A DNA stretch of 64,000 nt from Eledone cirrhosa (lineage: Eukaryota), in the NCBI GenBank assembly GCA_964016885.1, contig OZ024742.1:210242001-210306000 (forward strand), given 5' to 3'. The notes below the pieces were generated by a model. The model had not been told where the DNA came from, did no database searches, and saw nothing but the letters and a program-made list of their open reading frames with translations. The position numbers were made by a program, and so were the translations under genes. Of the stretch, positions 51,485 to 64,000 are shown in pieces. How positions within the stretch are numbered: position 1 is the first letter of the stretch; the number at the start of each line of letters is the position of its first letter.

Positions 51485-54168
51485 ATGGCTTTTTTACAAA
51501 CAACCGCAATGACAGAGGACGGAGACATCGTTATGCTAGCAGTGGACTTCAATGGTCATGTTGGACAGCTCCAGGATGGTTACACTGGAGTACATGGTGG
51601 GCATGGTTACAGCTCAAGAAATGAAGGAGTGAGACTTCTTGAATTTTGTGATGCAAGTACACTGACTATTTGCAACACTAACTTCAAGAAACCTGCCAAC
51701 CACCTAATAACCTACAAATCAGGCGAGCACATAAGCCAGATTGACTTCTTACTAGTTAGGCAGCGGGACAGGCAGATGGTGTCTAATACCGAGGCATACC
51801 CTGGGGAAGAATGTACCCCACAGCATAGGTTAGTCGTTAGTGATATCTCAGTAAGTAAGAGATGGAATGAGACATACAGGAATGTGTGGAGAAGAAAGGT
51901 CTGGAAGCTAAAAGACCTTTCACTAAAATACAAATTTAGGAAAGCCCTTCAAGATGTGTATGACGAAAAAGAAGACGATTTAGAGACCTATGACATAGAT
52001 AATAACTGGAATTTCTTACGTGACAACTTACTGCAGGCTACTGATGAAACTTGTGGCTGGAGCAGAGCTCCAACCAGACAGAGTGACCTGGTGGTGGAAC
52101 AGCACAGTAGATAAGGCCATTAGAGACAAAAGACTAGCATGGAAGGCTTGGAAAAAAGGGTGGGAGTAGAGAAGGATATACAGCCGCTAAGAGAGAAGCT
52201 AGACGTCAGGTGTACTTAGCACGCAGGGAGGCTGAGAGTAGGAGGTTTGCCAATGTTCTGCGATGGGAAGATCAGAGGCGTGCGGTGTTCCACATTGCAA
52301 GGCAGTGTGTCAATGCAAATCAGGATATTGTTGGAGATAAATGTGTCCGGAATGATGCCGGTGTACTTAGTGTCACGAATGATCAGAAAAAGAGGCCTGG
52401 AAATGTCATTATGAGAGACTGATGAATGTGGAGAACAAATGGGAGAGAGAGAAATTATCCTCAGTAGATCCGACAGAGGGACCAGCTATTGAGATTGACG
52501 AATATAGAGTCCAAGAGGTGATTAAGCAAATGAAAAGTGGTAAGGCTGCTGGACCTTCGGGGATAGTTGCTGAGATGCTGAAGGCATCAGGGGACGTAGG
52601 CACTAAACTGGTTGCACGCATCATCAATCAGGCTATATATGGTGGTGTCATACCCAAAGACTGGTGGTAAAGGGGATGCACTGGAGAGGAGCAATTATAG
52701 GGCTATAAAACTGATGGATCAGGTTATGAAAGTGGCAGAGAGAATATTAGCGCAACTGATTACAAGGGTCAATTTAGATGAGATGCAGTTTGGTTTTGTG
52801 CCTCGGAAAAGTACAACAGATGCCCTCTTCTTGGTGAGACAATTACGAGAGGTTCTTAGAGAAGAATAAGCCATTATACTTAGCCTTTGTTGACCTAGAG
52901 AAGGCCTTTGATAGAGTACCCCGATCTGTCATCTGGTGGTCCCTAAGGAAACTAGGTGTTGAGGAATAGCTTGTGAGGACAGTGAAAACTTTGTACAGAG
53001 GTGCTGTCAGTAAAGTCAGGGTAGGAATGGAGTTTAGTGAGGAATTCCAGATACAAGTAGGAGTACATCAAGGTTCGGTCCTAGCCCGCTCTTGTTCATT
53101 ATAGTCTCCAAGCCATAACAGAGGAGTTTAAGACTGGTTGTCCATGGGAACTTCTCTATGCTGACGATCTGGTTCTTATAGTAGAATCAGAAGAGGAGCT
53201 AGAGAATAAATTCTGGCTATGCAAACAGCAGTTGGAAGCAAGAGGACTGAGAGTGAACCTAGCTAAGACAAAAGTGTTGATGAGTAGAAAAGAGGACAAA
53301 ACTCTGATTCCGTCAAGGAAATGGCCATGTTCGATATGCAGAAAAGGAACTGGAATAAATTCTATAAAATGCACACAATGCAGATCCTGGGTACACAAGA
53401 GATGTAGTGGGTTAGCAGGCAAACTGACAGGTAGGGAGAAATACGTATGCAGTAGATGTATAAGGAAATTAGACAGTAGAAATCGCATTGATAGACACAT
53501 TTTTCAAATGCAGGCGGGTGGTATAGAAGTGGTGGATAGCTTCTGGTACCTAGGGGATCAGATTAGCATGGGAGGGGGGGGGGGGGGTTCCAAGGCCATA
53601 GTATCTAGAATAAGGACAGGTTGGAAGAAGATTAGGGAGCTGCTTCCTCTGCTGACGAAGAAGAGTTTCTCCCTGCGTACGAAAGGCCGGTTATACGATG
53701 CCTGTGTGAGGAGCGCGATGCTGCATGGTAGTGAGACATGGGCAGCAACTGCAGAGGATATGCGACGGCTAGAGAGAAATGAGGCAAGCATACTCCGTTG
53801 AATGTGCAATGTCAATGTGCGTGAACGACCCAGCATGGATGTGTTGAGAGAGAAACTGTGTTTGAGATGGATAGAATGTAGTGTGTGAGAGAGGAGACTG
53901 AGGTGGTATGGACATGTGATGTGCATGGAGGATGACCAATGGGTGAAGAAGTGCCAGGAAATGCCAGTTGAAGGAAGACGTGGTAGAGGTAGACCACGAA
54001 AAACATGGGCAGAGGTGGTGAGAACAGACCTCAGATCGCTGAAGCTCACAGTGGAGATGACGAAGAACCGTGACAAGTGGAGAGATGCTGTGCTGAATAA
54101 GATCCGTCCCACCCTTGCAAGCAGGGAAAAGCGGGTGTAAAATGATGATGATGATGATGATGATGATG
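51485..54168 (+). mobile_element. RTE-clade LINE (partial APE endonuclease, RT, PHD-like finger, (ATG)n tail), frameshifted, antisense in intron
   Basis: DFNGHVG, SQIDFLL and QHRLVV (APE); NYRAIKL, QFGF, FVDLEKAFD, HQGS and YADD (RT); RWYGHV and GRPRKTW. Confidence 0.92.
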
Positions 54169-54499
54169 TTGTATTCAAATAAAAAAAAATATCATTTGTT
54201 ATAGACATGTTATAGGACAAGTCAATAAAGCTACTAAAATGCAAGGGATTACTGAGAAAGAAACGGACAAGACAAAGAGAACATAATTCATGAGAAAAGA
54301 TGACAATTAATGTTGCTTTTTTTTTTTTTTTTATAAATGGCTGAATGAATAGGATATAAACTGCAAGTTAGAAGGTTAATGGTTCATACATATCTACTGT
54401 GTTATAATAATGATCAAAATACTTGACACACAGTAAATAGGAACTATATATTAATATACCTCACATCTGTAAGCAGTAGAACTGTATAATATAGATGCC

Positions 54500-55485
54500 A
54501 ACTTAAAGAATGCCAGTGCTGAAATATGCAGATGACATCAAGCTGTACCTTGAGATCAAAAGGGCAGATCCTGAACACTATAGATCTTTCCTGTAATCAG
54601 ACTTGGACACAATGCAGCAATGAATCATGGACTGCAACTCAGGATGGCTGTGGACAAGTGTACCACCATGCATTTTGGGAAGAAAAACCTAGCGTCCACA
54701 TACTCCCTCCACAACACTAATATCAAGAAGTCTTCTTGTGAACATGACCTGGGCATTACTGTCAGCAGTGATTTGCGTTGGACAAAGCACATTTCAAAAA
54801 TTGTCAAGAAGGCCAAGGGTGTCTTGGTATCACTTGGCAAGACCTTTGTCAGCCGCTCTCCAGCTATCTATTTAAAACTGTATATAGCTATGGTGCAGCC
54901 CCACTTAGAATTTTCTTCACCAGTCTGGAACCTCTATCTTGCTCAGAACATTGACCTCTTGGAAACTGTTCAGAGACGTGCAACCAAGTGAATACCCTCC
55001 AACAGGCGTCTACCATACTCTGAATGCCTTGCTTCCCTGGGCATGGATACATTGTAGCTCCGTCTAGCAACTGACTTGGTAAACACCCACAAAATTATTA
55101 ACCATCTTGCCAACAACAACCCTGAGCACCTTTTTGAATTCCATGTGTGTAACACATGTGGGCATGCCAAGTCAGAAAACAACACAGCTCCCATGACTTT
55201 CGGAAACATTTTTTCACGCTGAGAGTTGCTGAAGCATGGAACAAATTACCTGCATCAGTTGTTAGCTGCCAGGACACTGCATCCTTTAAAACCTCCATGC
55301 TTTCTGAAATTCGCCAACACTATACCTGGTATCCTCCTCCATACACACGCACACATGTATATCATGATTCATACACTGTTCACTTTCCTGGCATTTGTAC
55401 ATTATTCTATATACTATACATGCACCTTTGATGAGTTAGTGTACCTGAGCACTGTACACAATAATTTCATTATTATTATTATTAT
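54500..55485 (+). mobile_element. CR1-like LINE, 5'-truncated and decayed, with (ATT)n tail
   Basis: KYADDIKLY, KC..MHFG.KN, DLGITVS.DLRW..HI, V.PHLE...VW and LETVQRRATK motifs. Confidence 0.88.
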
Positions 55486-55811
55486 GATTCATTTGTTATC
55501 TTGGATTATTAACTTTAAATCCTTCTGTGAATATATCTCAAAGAGCAATAATTTCCTCTGTATACTTCTTTTAAATATGCCACTTCAAGATAAAATCTTT
55601 AATGATGAGTTAAAAATCCAATGTGTTATGCAATTTATTACAACAATTAATAGGTGAAATAGAAATAAAGACCAAGAGGACTCTGAACTTGAAAAGGTTA
55701 AAAGTCAAATTAAAATATTCCTATATTTTTTCTTAAACTTGTTCTTAATTTTGTGTGTGTGTAAACTATAACCAAAATTATTTTAATGTTGGCTAAATAT
55801 AGCAAACAAAC

Positions 55812-55924
55812 CTCTTAACAATAAGACTCTGCTGCTGGCAAACTGAATACGTTGTTCAAAAGAAACCAATTTCTTGTTCACTGATGCAAACATTTGATAA
55901 AATTCTTCAAACTTTCCAGCCACA
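55812..55924 (-). CDS. CCHCR1: CCHCR1-like exon (VAGKFEEFY..FEQRIQFASSRVLLLR)
   Basis: aatttag acceptor, gtttgt donor, 113 nt. Confidence 0.88.
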
Positions 55925-56276
55925 CTAAATTAAAAAAAACATTATTTTTAAATATTTGACAAAAAGCACCCATCCATCCTGTAAATTGGTCATGCTCGTA
56001 ACACAAAAAAATCACTCAGCCCAATCTGTAAGGTAATTGTGTTGGTGACACAACAAAAAGTACCCAGTCCAACCTGTCAGTTGGTCGTTTTGGTGCCACA
56101 ATAAAAAGCAACCAGTCCATGCTGTAAATGTGGTTGGCGTTAGGAAGGGCATCCAACCATAGAAACCAAGCCAGAAACAGTTCTGTATGAGTAAAATATA
56201 GTCATCTGACATGACTTATCTCACAACGGACAAGCATGAAAAATGGACATTAAACAGCGACGACAACAATTTATAG

Positions 56277-56440
56277 TTATGGCTCTTTACGCTCTGAGTT
56301 CAAATCTCGCAAAAGTTAGCTTTGCCTTTCATCCTTATGCGGTCAATAAAATAAAGTACCAGTAACACACTGGGTTTAATTTAATTGACTTTCTCTTTCC
56401 CTTCAAATTGCTGGCCATGTACCAAAAGTAGAAACAATTA
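56277..56440 (+). mobile_element. tRNA-derived SINE (Meta-like family)
   Basis: gagttcaaatc..ctttgcctttcatcc..aataaagtaccag. Confidence 0.7.
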
Positions 56441-57783
56441 TTGTGTCTCTACATAAAACTATTTAACATTGGTTTTCCTCAATCTGACTGGCTTGCATGA
56501 AATTCCATACATGCTTCATGGTTGAGTGGTTGCAAGAGAGGAGTGTACCCAGGTGTAGTTCAATTACTCAAAAATTATTCACATCTATTACATTTTATAC
56601 AGAAAACAGTTAGTTCAATGAAAAGTTAATTACAGGAAAATATAAACAGGTTTTACTGAAAGAACTATTCCAAAGATAATGATTTGATATCATTAACTAA
56701 AACCTTTGAAAGCAGTGCTCCAGCACAGCTGCAGCCCCAATGACAAAAACTAGTAAATAAATGATAAACAGGATTTCAACATTCAGTTGAAAGTAACAGG
56801 ATCTCTATATTACTTTCCAAATTCTTTTTCTTTAATGTCTATTCTTTCATAGTTGCAGATTGCTTTGTGGTTAGGGTGTTTGTCTCTTGATCATAAAGAC
56901 ATGGGTTCCATTTCTGCACCAGGCAAAATGTTGTGTTCTTAAGCAAGATGATTCCTTTTATGTTGCTTTTCAGGATAGGACTGGGACCCCTATCATTAAA
57001 ACACACAAGAAGCCTCTTATTAGATGCAACATTGTAAGAGGTCAGTAAATTTCATTTTTTTTTTTTTTTTTTTTTCAGTTGCAAATCTAGGTATGGTCAT
57101 GACTCTTGGGTAATAACCGAAAGAATACGATCGCGAATACAAGTGGCCAAAATGGGATTCCTCAGAAGAGTTATTAGAGTAACGTCGATAAAGTACGTAA
57201 CTTGGAGATCAGAGAGTCATTCCAGATAGAGCTGCTACTTCTCCAAATTGATAGATCACAGCTCCAATACTGTGGTTAGAATGTCTCAGGAAAGAAACGC
57301 TGGACAGATTTTACGGGCAAAACCAATAGGCACAAGACCCAAAGTTGGATAACATCCATGAGCTTGGTTGGTCACGCTTGGGGATCCAGCTGGATCAATT
57401 GGAGATGGTTGCTTGTGACAGAACCCACTGGAAGGAGTGTTTGAGGACTCTTTCCCCATGACCCTCTCAGGAATATGTGAGCGAAGAAGTTGCAAATCCA
57501 TATATGCTACATTTAAGAGCTATTCAAATTCTCCATTGTGGTATAATAAAATACAACATACAGATTCTTATATATGACAAAAGTTGAGAATAGAATAATA
57601 AAGGTACTAATTAAAATATATCTCAATGGTTGCAAGCTTTCTATGGCTGGTTGCCCTTCCTATCAGTAATGGGCTATTAAATTTCATTCATATTTTCTAA
57701 TCTAGTAATTTTACTGTTATATAACAAATTATGAACATTTGCAGTTGAACAGATATGATAAAATATTTTTTTTCTGAATTAAC

Positions 57784-57890
57784 CTTATAGAAAATTCTTT
57801 AAAATGTTTCAATACTTCCTGGTTGTGTTGCAACAAAGTATTCTGGGAGCTAAGCATCACCTGAGCATTTGTGAGATGATCTTGAATTTT
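57784..57890 (-). CDS. CCHCR1: CCHCR1-like exon (KIQDHLTNAQ..KEFSI)
   Basis: ttctttag acceptor, gttaat donor, 107 nt. Confidence 0.82.
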
Positions 57891-58068
57891 CTAAAGAAAA
57901 AGAAATTGAGAAATTAGATTGAATCTTCTATAAACAGTAACTTTCTTCATCAAGATGAGATACAAATATTTCAAAATTATGTAATTAATACTAATAATAT
58001 TTTAAATGATGGTTATTGCTCAAAGGATTTGTTAGATATACAAAAAATGGAGGGTTTTACAATCTCAC

Positions 58069-58179
58069 CTTATTTTCATTAGTCGCAATGCCAAGCTCTG
58101 CTTGTTTATTTGACAAAGAATGATTAAATATTTGAATCTGGTTTTCTGATAAATTAAATTTATTTTGTATATTGGACAC
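58069..58179 (-). CDS. CCHCR1: CCHCR1-like exon (VSNIQNKF..SLSNKQAEL..NENK)
   Basis: attcag acceptor, gtgaga donor, 111 nt, phase 0-0. Confidence 0.85.
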
Positions 58180-60217
58180 CTGAATTTAAAAGAAAGAAAA
58201 TTGTTAAATAGAAATCTATTTCTTACTTTCTATATTGATTGTTCTATATTCAAGAATCAAACAATTATGTAAAAAGCAGGCTTAAAATATATTTTTATTG
58301 GAAACAGATATAGAATGGATAAAAGAAAGCATCAGGTGGAACCTGTGAAAACCTTTTTCATTTTCATATGCACTCCGTATTAACATTTACATTTAATATG
58401 TACATATGTATAAAACAATAAGTTATATAGATGTCTTGGTTGATGAAATTTTCACAAAGCTTAAGTAAAACTTACATTGATGTATTACTTAGATTTGACA
58501 TCTGAGACTGCACTGCTGCTACATACAAATATATTAGACTGCATCCAAAAGAAGAACAACTGCCTATACTCCTCTGAACTGGCCATTTGTATAATACTTT
58601 CACCTGTCTGTCCTACTCTCAAAACTTCTACATTCTACACCAAACACTTTTTCCAATCCTTTCTCCTGTAGCTCTCTGGAATGTCCCCAATATTGAAATA
58701 CAAACTGATTATCAACTGCATAGACTCATCAGGGTCAGCAAATGTCATGAGCACTGTCCCTCTTTCTCTAATTTCTAAAAATAAAATCTAATAGCAGTCA
58801 TGTTATGTAAAATATAAACATAAGACAAATCTATTCCTTATACACAACTTAGTGTTTCAAAGCAAATTTAAAGTAAAGATTTTAAATAATTATTTTCAGT
58901 TAAATGTTTTTCCTGGTACCAACATAAAGTATATATTGGCTATTTCTTTAATATTTACATGAATTAGATCATCATCATCATCATTTTTATGTCCATTTTT
59001 CCATGCTTGCATGGGTTGGACAGGTCCTTTTCAGCACAACATCTCTTCACATGCCGCAATCCTTCATCATCTCCACAATTTCCTACAATTCATAACTTCA
59101 AAGTTATTAAATCTTTTCCAACAGTTCATAACTTCAAAGCTAGATGGGGTTAATAGTTTATTGATGTGACATTTGTCAATCAAAATAGTCATTTTACTGG
59201 AAAAAAGCCAGCTCAGCAACCGTAGCTGTATGAAATATACGCAGCAGTCAACAGGTTGAAGAACATTGACTGGGTCCTAGTTTGTGTTTCTATTACATTG
59301 CATTTTAATTGGTATATCATCCAATTCTACAGTGAGTCTGAATCCAAAGAATCTGTAGTCAAGTACATTTGTTTGATGAAGTAGTTTATTTTACATCCAT
59401 GTGTTTCAGGTTTCATCCCACAGTGCAACACTTTTGGCAAGTATCTTGAATTATAGCCATGATTTGATCAATGTCTTATAAGTGAAACTAGTAGTTGGAA
59501 ACTGTGTGCAAGCTTGTCATATACATATATATGTGTGACTGCATATATTTGTGTAAACTAGTGTAAATAACTATAACTTATTTATTGAGTTACATCCTTT
59601 TACATGACAAGATGACCTAGTCATTTGATAGCCATTAATAAAATAAATATGTTAGCGTGGAAGATGGACGTTAAACAAAGATGATGATGATGATGATGAT
59701 GAAATACAAGACTAAGTATTAGGATATCTATAATCAACTAATATTCTTTAAAATCAGTGCTGCAGCATGGCTGTAGTCCAAAAGACTGAAACTAGTAAGA
59801 GAATAAAAGAATATTATAACCAAGTTAGTGTTCAGAAATAACACTGCATTCCACTTTTCATGAGATACATGAGATAATTCAATTAAAGAATTGTTTATAT
59901 AACATTCCACATACTAGTAGTAAATATAAAACAAGATGGCACCTAAAAATCAAATTTATGCACCAGCAGAAATTTATGATTTTAAGAGAAACAACAATTA
60001 AAAAAAAAAGAATATTTATAGCATAAAAAATAACAATATTGAAATCATAAAATATGGTGGATAAGCTTTCTGTTACAAAGAACTACAACAGAGATTATAA
60101 TGTAAGCCCATTTCAAAATTATGTTCAATGTAACAGTTCTTTTTGAAATGAATTTAAACACTTTTAATACTTCTCTCCTATGGAATGTTGGCATTATGGA
60201 TAAGAATGTCTAGCCTA

Positions 60218-60227
<10 letters not shown>

Positions 60228-60252
<25 letters not shown>

Positions 60253-60470
60253 TGAAATTATTGTGTACAGTGCTCAGGTGCACTTCAATTCATCAAAGGT
60301 GCATGTATAGTACATAGAATAATTGTTTCTACTTTTGACACAAGGCCAGCAATTATCCAGTACATTACTGGTACTTTATTTTATCGACCCCATAAGGATG
60401 AAAGGCAGTTAACCTCGGCGGGATTTGAACTTAAAATAGCAAGGGTCGTAACTCTATGCTGGAAAGCATG
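60228..60470 (-). mobile_element. CR1 3' tail abutting a Meta-like SINE
   Basis: (aat)n plus the reverse complement of 55420-55480, followed by the SINE core seen at 2937-3125. Confidence 0.7.
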
Positions 60471-61337
60471 ATAGATGTGTATATGTAAAAATATAGCATC
60501 TGAAGAGAATTAGAGAATATATTGATTGAAACATATTGTAAATAGAAAGACAAGAGGCAAAGTTAATAATCAGTTAGATGGTTGGCATTAGGAAGGGCAT
60601 CCAACTGCAGAAACGATTCCAGAAACAGTTCTGTATGAGCAAGACACGGTCACCTTATCTGACTTGTCTTACAACGGAGCAACTTATCTAACCAATGCTA
60701 GCATGGAAAATGGACATTAAATAGTGATGATGATGCATTGTTGCCTATGCTTTTTTCATAGCAGCATTCCAAATTTTTAATGAACTACTGCATTCAACAG
60801 GAAAGCCAGGAGGTTGAACATTGTGAAACCAGCAGATGGGAGGCATCGTGTCTCCCTGAAGAGATAGGTCTCTGAGGGTTTGTTGGAACCATGGTTGATG
60901 ACTCATGGCACAAGGGCCTTGAACTGGCAATAAAAGAAAAGAAACACCTTTCAAGGACATTATCGGAGGCAGCTGAGAAAGCGAGTCACTACAAATGGAT
61001 GAAAAGAATAGATGAATGGATGGAGACATCTTGCTTGGGGAGTCACAAAACCAGACCCATCTAATTTCATGCAGCTCTGATTCATGGAAGAGGATAGAGA
61101 TGTCTAGCCTTGAATCACATAAAATTTATCTAATTTTATGCTGTTGTACATAAGTTTCATTGCCTCTTACATCAGTGGGTGCCTCTGAATGACTCTGGTG
61201 TTGCATTCCGATTGAAGGAGCCAAAACACCTAGAGTTACTTCACATCATCTGATGAGACATCAACTTCTGCATTCAGAGACAGCACCCTCAGCACACAAA
61301 TGTGTTTACCAAGTATTATTTGTTCTGCATATGTGGA

Positions 61338-61548
61338 ATGGCAGAATCAGTAAAGCCTCAGAAACTGTCCTTCGTGGCATAGAGTTAGAGCCCTTTACAT
61401 TCTGAGTTCAAATCCTGCCACGGTTAGCTTTGCCTTTCATCTTTATGGGGTCGATAAAATAAAGTACCAGTAATGCACTGGGGTTGATTGAATCAACTTT
61501 CCCCTCCCAAAAAATTGTTGGCCTTGTGCCTAAAGTAGAAACCATTAT
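61338..61548 (+). mobile_element. tRNA-derived SINE (Meta-like family)
   Basis: Close match to 36050-36255. Confidence 0.75.
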
Positions 61549-62036
61549 TTGTTCTGTATACCTTATAACAATCATTTGAAATAAACCATTTTCATCATCC
61601 ATCCTCATCACATACATTTTATACATTCACTTGTCCTTTAACCTTTTGGATACCAACCAGCCCAAATCTGACTCTGGTTCTACAAAACAAAACCACCCAT
61701 TTTAAATGGCTCCTATTTAAATTAAAATCTTTTTTATGTACGAACCATATGTAAAATCACTATCTTAGTAATGAATTAATAATTTTAATAAATCTTGAAA
61801 AATTCTTCATTAATTAATTGAAATGGGGTGTATTTCATTAGAAACATAGTCATGAAAGGATTAATCTCATATGCTACATCCAAACTCATCCAAACAGTCA
61901 GTTTTATAGATTACCACTATATATTGAGTTGTTCTAACATATCAGATATCCCAACATTCCCTAAAACTTTACCCAGTATACACACTTCATCGTAATGTAA
62001 GCCTCTTCACTCAATTTAGATATTAATGGCACCAAC

Positions 62037-62124
62037 CTTTTCTTTCCATTTCACTACATCATTTTCTTGTTGAATTACTGTTGATTTATGCTGGACCATA
62101 ACAGAAAATACCTTCTCTCTCCAT
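62037..62124 (-). CDS. CCHCR1: CCHCR1-like exon (WREKVFSVMVQHK..KWKEK)
   Basis: tttctttggttcttag acceptor, gttggt donor, 88 nt. Contains the WREKVF motif. Confidence 0.9.
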
Positions 62125-63164
62125 CTAAGAACCAAAGAAAGTATCTGGTTAGATTTTCTCTAGAGCATAACATGGTCACCTGATCTAACTTGTCTCACAA
62201 CAGGACAACTCATCTAACCTATGCTAGCATGGAAAACTATAGTATTTATTGTTTTTTACAGTTCAAAATGATGAATTGGCAGTCATTAGAGCTTGGGATA
62301 AAATACTTTGTGGTTCCAGCTCTCTGTGCTCAGAGTTCAATTCCCAGGGAGGTTGATTTTCAATCTTATGGGATTGACAAAATACAGTACCAGTCCAGGG
62401 CTACAGATTGGTGGAATTGCGTTATTTGATTGGGCTCTTTGCATTCTAAATTTAAATCTTGCTGTGGCCTATGAGGGCGCTAGACTTAATTCACTGCCCA
62501 GTTTAACCTTTGGGTACCTTTAGCAGTGTGCACTCCATTGCATTTAAGACAAGTCTCTCATCCCTCTTACTCAGTTGTCTCAGAAGCCCTGAAGAAGGTT
62601 GTAGGCATTAACTTTCCTTCCTTGAGTAAACAGTAAAGAAAAAGTGCATCATGCTGGAGCCTATGTGTAGTCACTCAACATGCTAGAAACAACAACTAAA
62701 TTTCCCTCAAAGCAGTACTTAGTCTTGTCCCTCTACATTTTGAGTTTACATTACATCAGCATTATCCTTGCCTTTCATTGACTTAGATTCAATAGAATAA
62801 GTATCAATAATATACTGGTTAAATTCCATCAGCTAAACCTCTCTCTTGCTTTAAGGGATTTACATCAGTCCACCATTAGTTTTTCAGAGAGAGTTAAACT
62901 TATTTTAGATTTAACAAAGGAAGAAATTTAACAGTTGGAAGAAAATGACAAAAGGAAGAGTGAAGATAATTTCTAGATAGACCCAACATAGTACAAAAAA
63001 ATTCATACGCATGTCAGTGTTTTTTTTTAAATGATCGACAAGTTCCCAGACCTCATTCGCTTACCACATGGGGTGCAACTCAACAAATTCGACCTAGGAA
63101 ACGTTTCCATTGGTTTTTCCATGCTAACATGGAAAGTGGACATTAAACGATGATGATGATCTAC

Positions 63165-63293
63165 CGATTGCAACTCCTGGTAGAAATAACAACATGAAAT
63201 AAAGTGTCTTGCTCAAGGACATAATGCATCGCCCAGTCTGGGAATCAAACTCACTTCACAATTGCGAATCCAACTCTCTAATCCCTAAGCCAT
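63165..63293 (-). mobile_element. tRNA-derived SINE head
   Basis: Reverse complement of the 3552-type head (cttgagcaagacactttatttca). Confidence 0.7.
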
Positions 63294-63755
63294 GTATAAT
63301 TATAATATATATATATATGAAATGTGTGCAGTGGAATACAAATGGCCATAATAGTCAATCACTATAAACAAAGGTTGAAAGAATTGTATAAAGTACTCCT
63401 AGAGATGGAAAACAGTGAACAGAGGTACCTGTAAGGGATTGAAACCATCATCTCTCAGATGCCAAGCAAGTGCATTAACCACTATGCTAAAGAACTGCTG
63501 GCCACCAATTGTCTTTTTTTAGAAGATTTTAAGCCTGTAGCTTGAAGTGTAAACAAAGCAGTTGATTTAGGAAGCATTGGGAAAATGTGTACATCCCAAT
63601 GCAAATGATAATAATAGTTGATCTATATAAATAATAATTAAGAAAATTGGGTAAAGTACCCCTGCAGATGGAAAAAAATGGTCAGAGGAACTGGAGAGGA
63701 TTCAAACAATGCATCCAGTGAATTGTGATAACTTTCATTATTTTCAAATACTTAC

Positions 63756-63808
63756 TTTTTAACTAATGAAATTTCATCCTTTTCATTTTCACAATACTTT
63801 GTTTTATA
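63756..63808 (-). CDS. CCHCR1: CCHCR1-like exon (YKTKYCENEKDEISLVK)
   Basis: ttccag acceptor, gtaagt donor, 53 nt. The phase 2 end joins the WREKVF exon. Confidence 0.72.
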
Positions 63809-63869
63809 CTGGAACATAAACAAAATGATGTTAACAATTAATGTAAACTTGTACAACATTAAACTATAA

Positions 63870-64000
63870 AATGCCATAATATCGAATCTACAAGATTTTG
63901 ATGTTTATTTTGAGAACAATACTTTAATGTAGGTATGGGTATGAGTTACGGCCAGTTTGAACAGAAAGAGGTGAGAGAGCTCTGGCCGGATAAAGCCGGT
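63870..64000. mobile_element. Partial third copy of the TTAA MITE, running off the window end
   Basis: ttttgagaacaata..ggccagtttgaacagaaagaggtgagag matches 49400-49490. Confidence 0.7.

Larger units (their letters stand above)
32652..63808 (-). other. CCHCR1: Span of a CCHCR1-like gene, last 13 coding exons (5' part lies beyond the window)
   Basis: 13 GT-AG exons totalling 1401 nt splice in frame to 466 aa plus TGA. Motifs WREKVF.VMVQ, LVSFEQRIQFA, ELQQV.KERD.L, LNQARREH.KAV.SL and ERNLIMATLKQEGL recall vertebrate CCHCR1 (from memory, not a database search). Confidence 0.85.

Noticed and set aside
62125-62160. Upstream acceptor (aaccag) for the WREKVF exon
   Set aside because: Weak pyrimidine tract and wrong phase. 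The ttcttag acceptor at 62125 fits.

Overview
AT-rich animal genomic DNA. The repeat repertoire suggests a coleoid cephalopod such as Octopus (inference). The window has two halves. (1) About 1-31 kb is a gene-free nest of Penelope-like retroelements (PLEs; RT plus C-terminal GIY-YIG) from at least three to four families, nearly all bounded by (TA)n tracts. It includes a near full-length element with a ~4.3-kb microsatellite-rich 3' tail, a direct pseudo-LTR and a 5'-truncated inverted copy that together form a ~16-kb inverted-repeat structure. By eye I find nine type I hammerhead ribozyme motifs of three kinds in the PLE terminal repeats. One kind has an unusually long (~100-115 nt) stem II with a conserved C.A closing mismatch, and two copies of it bracket a ~7.07-kb unit-length RNA. 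This half also holds RTE, CRE and CR1-like LINE fragments and a non-autonomous Helitron. (2) About 32.6-64 kb holds the last 13 coding exons of a minus-strand CCHCR1-like coiled-coil gene (466 aa in window, all GT-AG, phases consistent). Its introns contain tRNA-derived SINEs, RTE and CR1 LINEs, TTAA MITEs and minisatellites. Most ORFs in the supplied track are microsatellite artefacts. All RNA structures are manual predictions; none is shown to be active.
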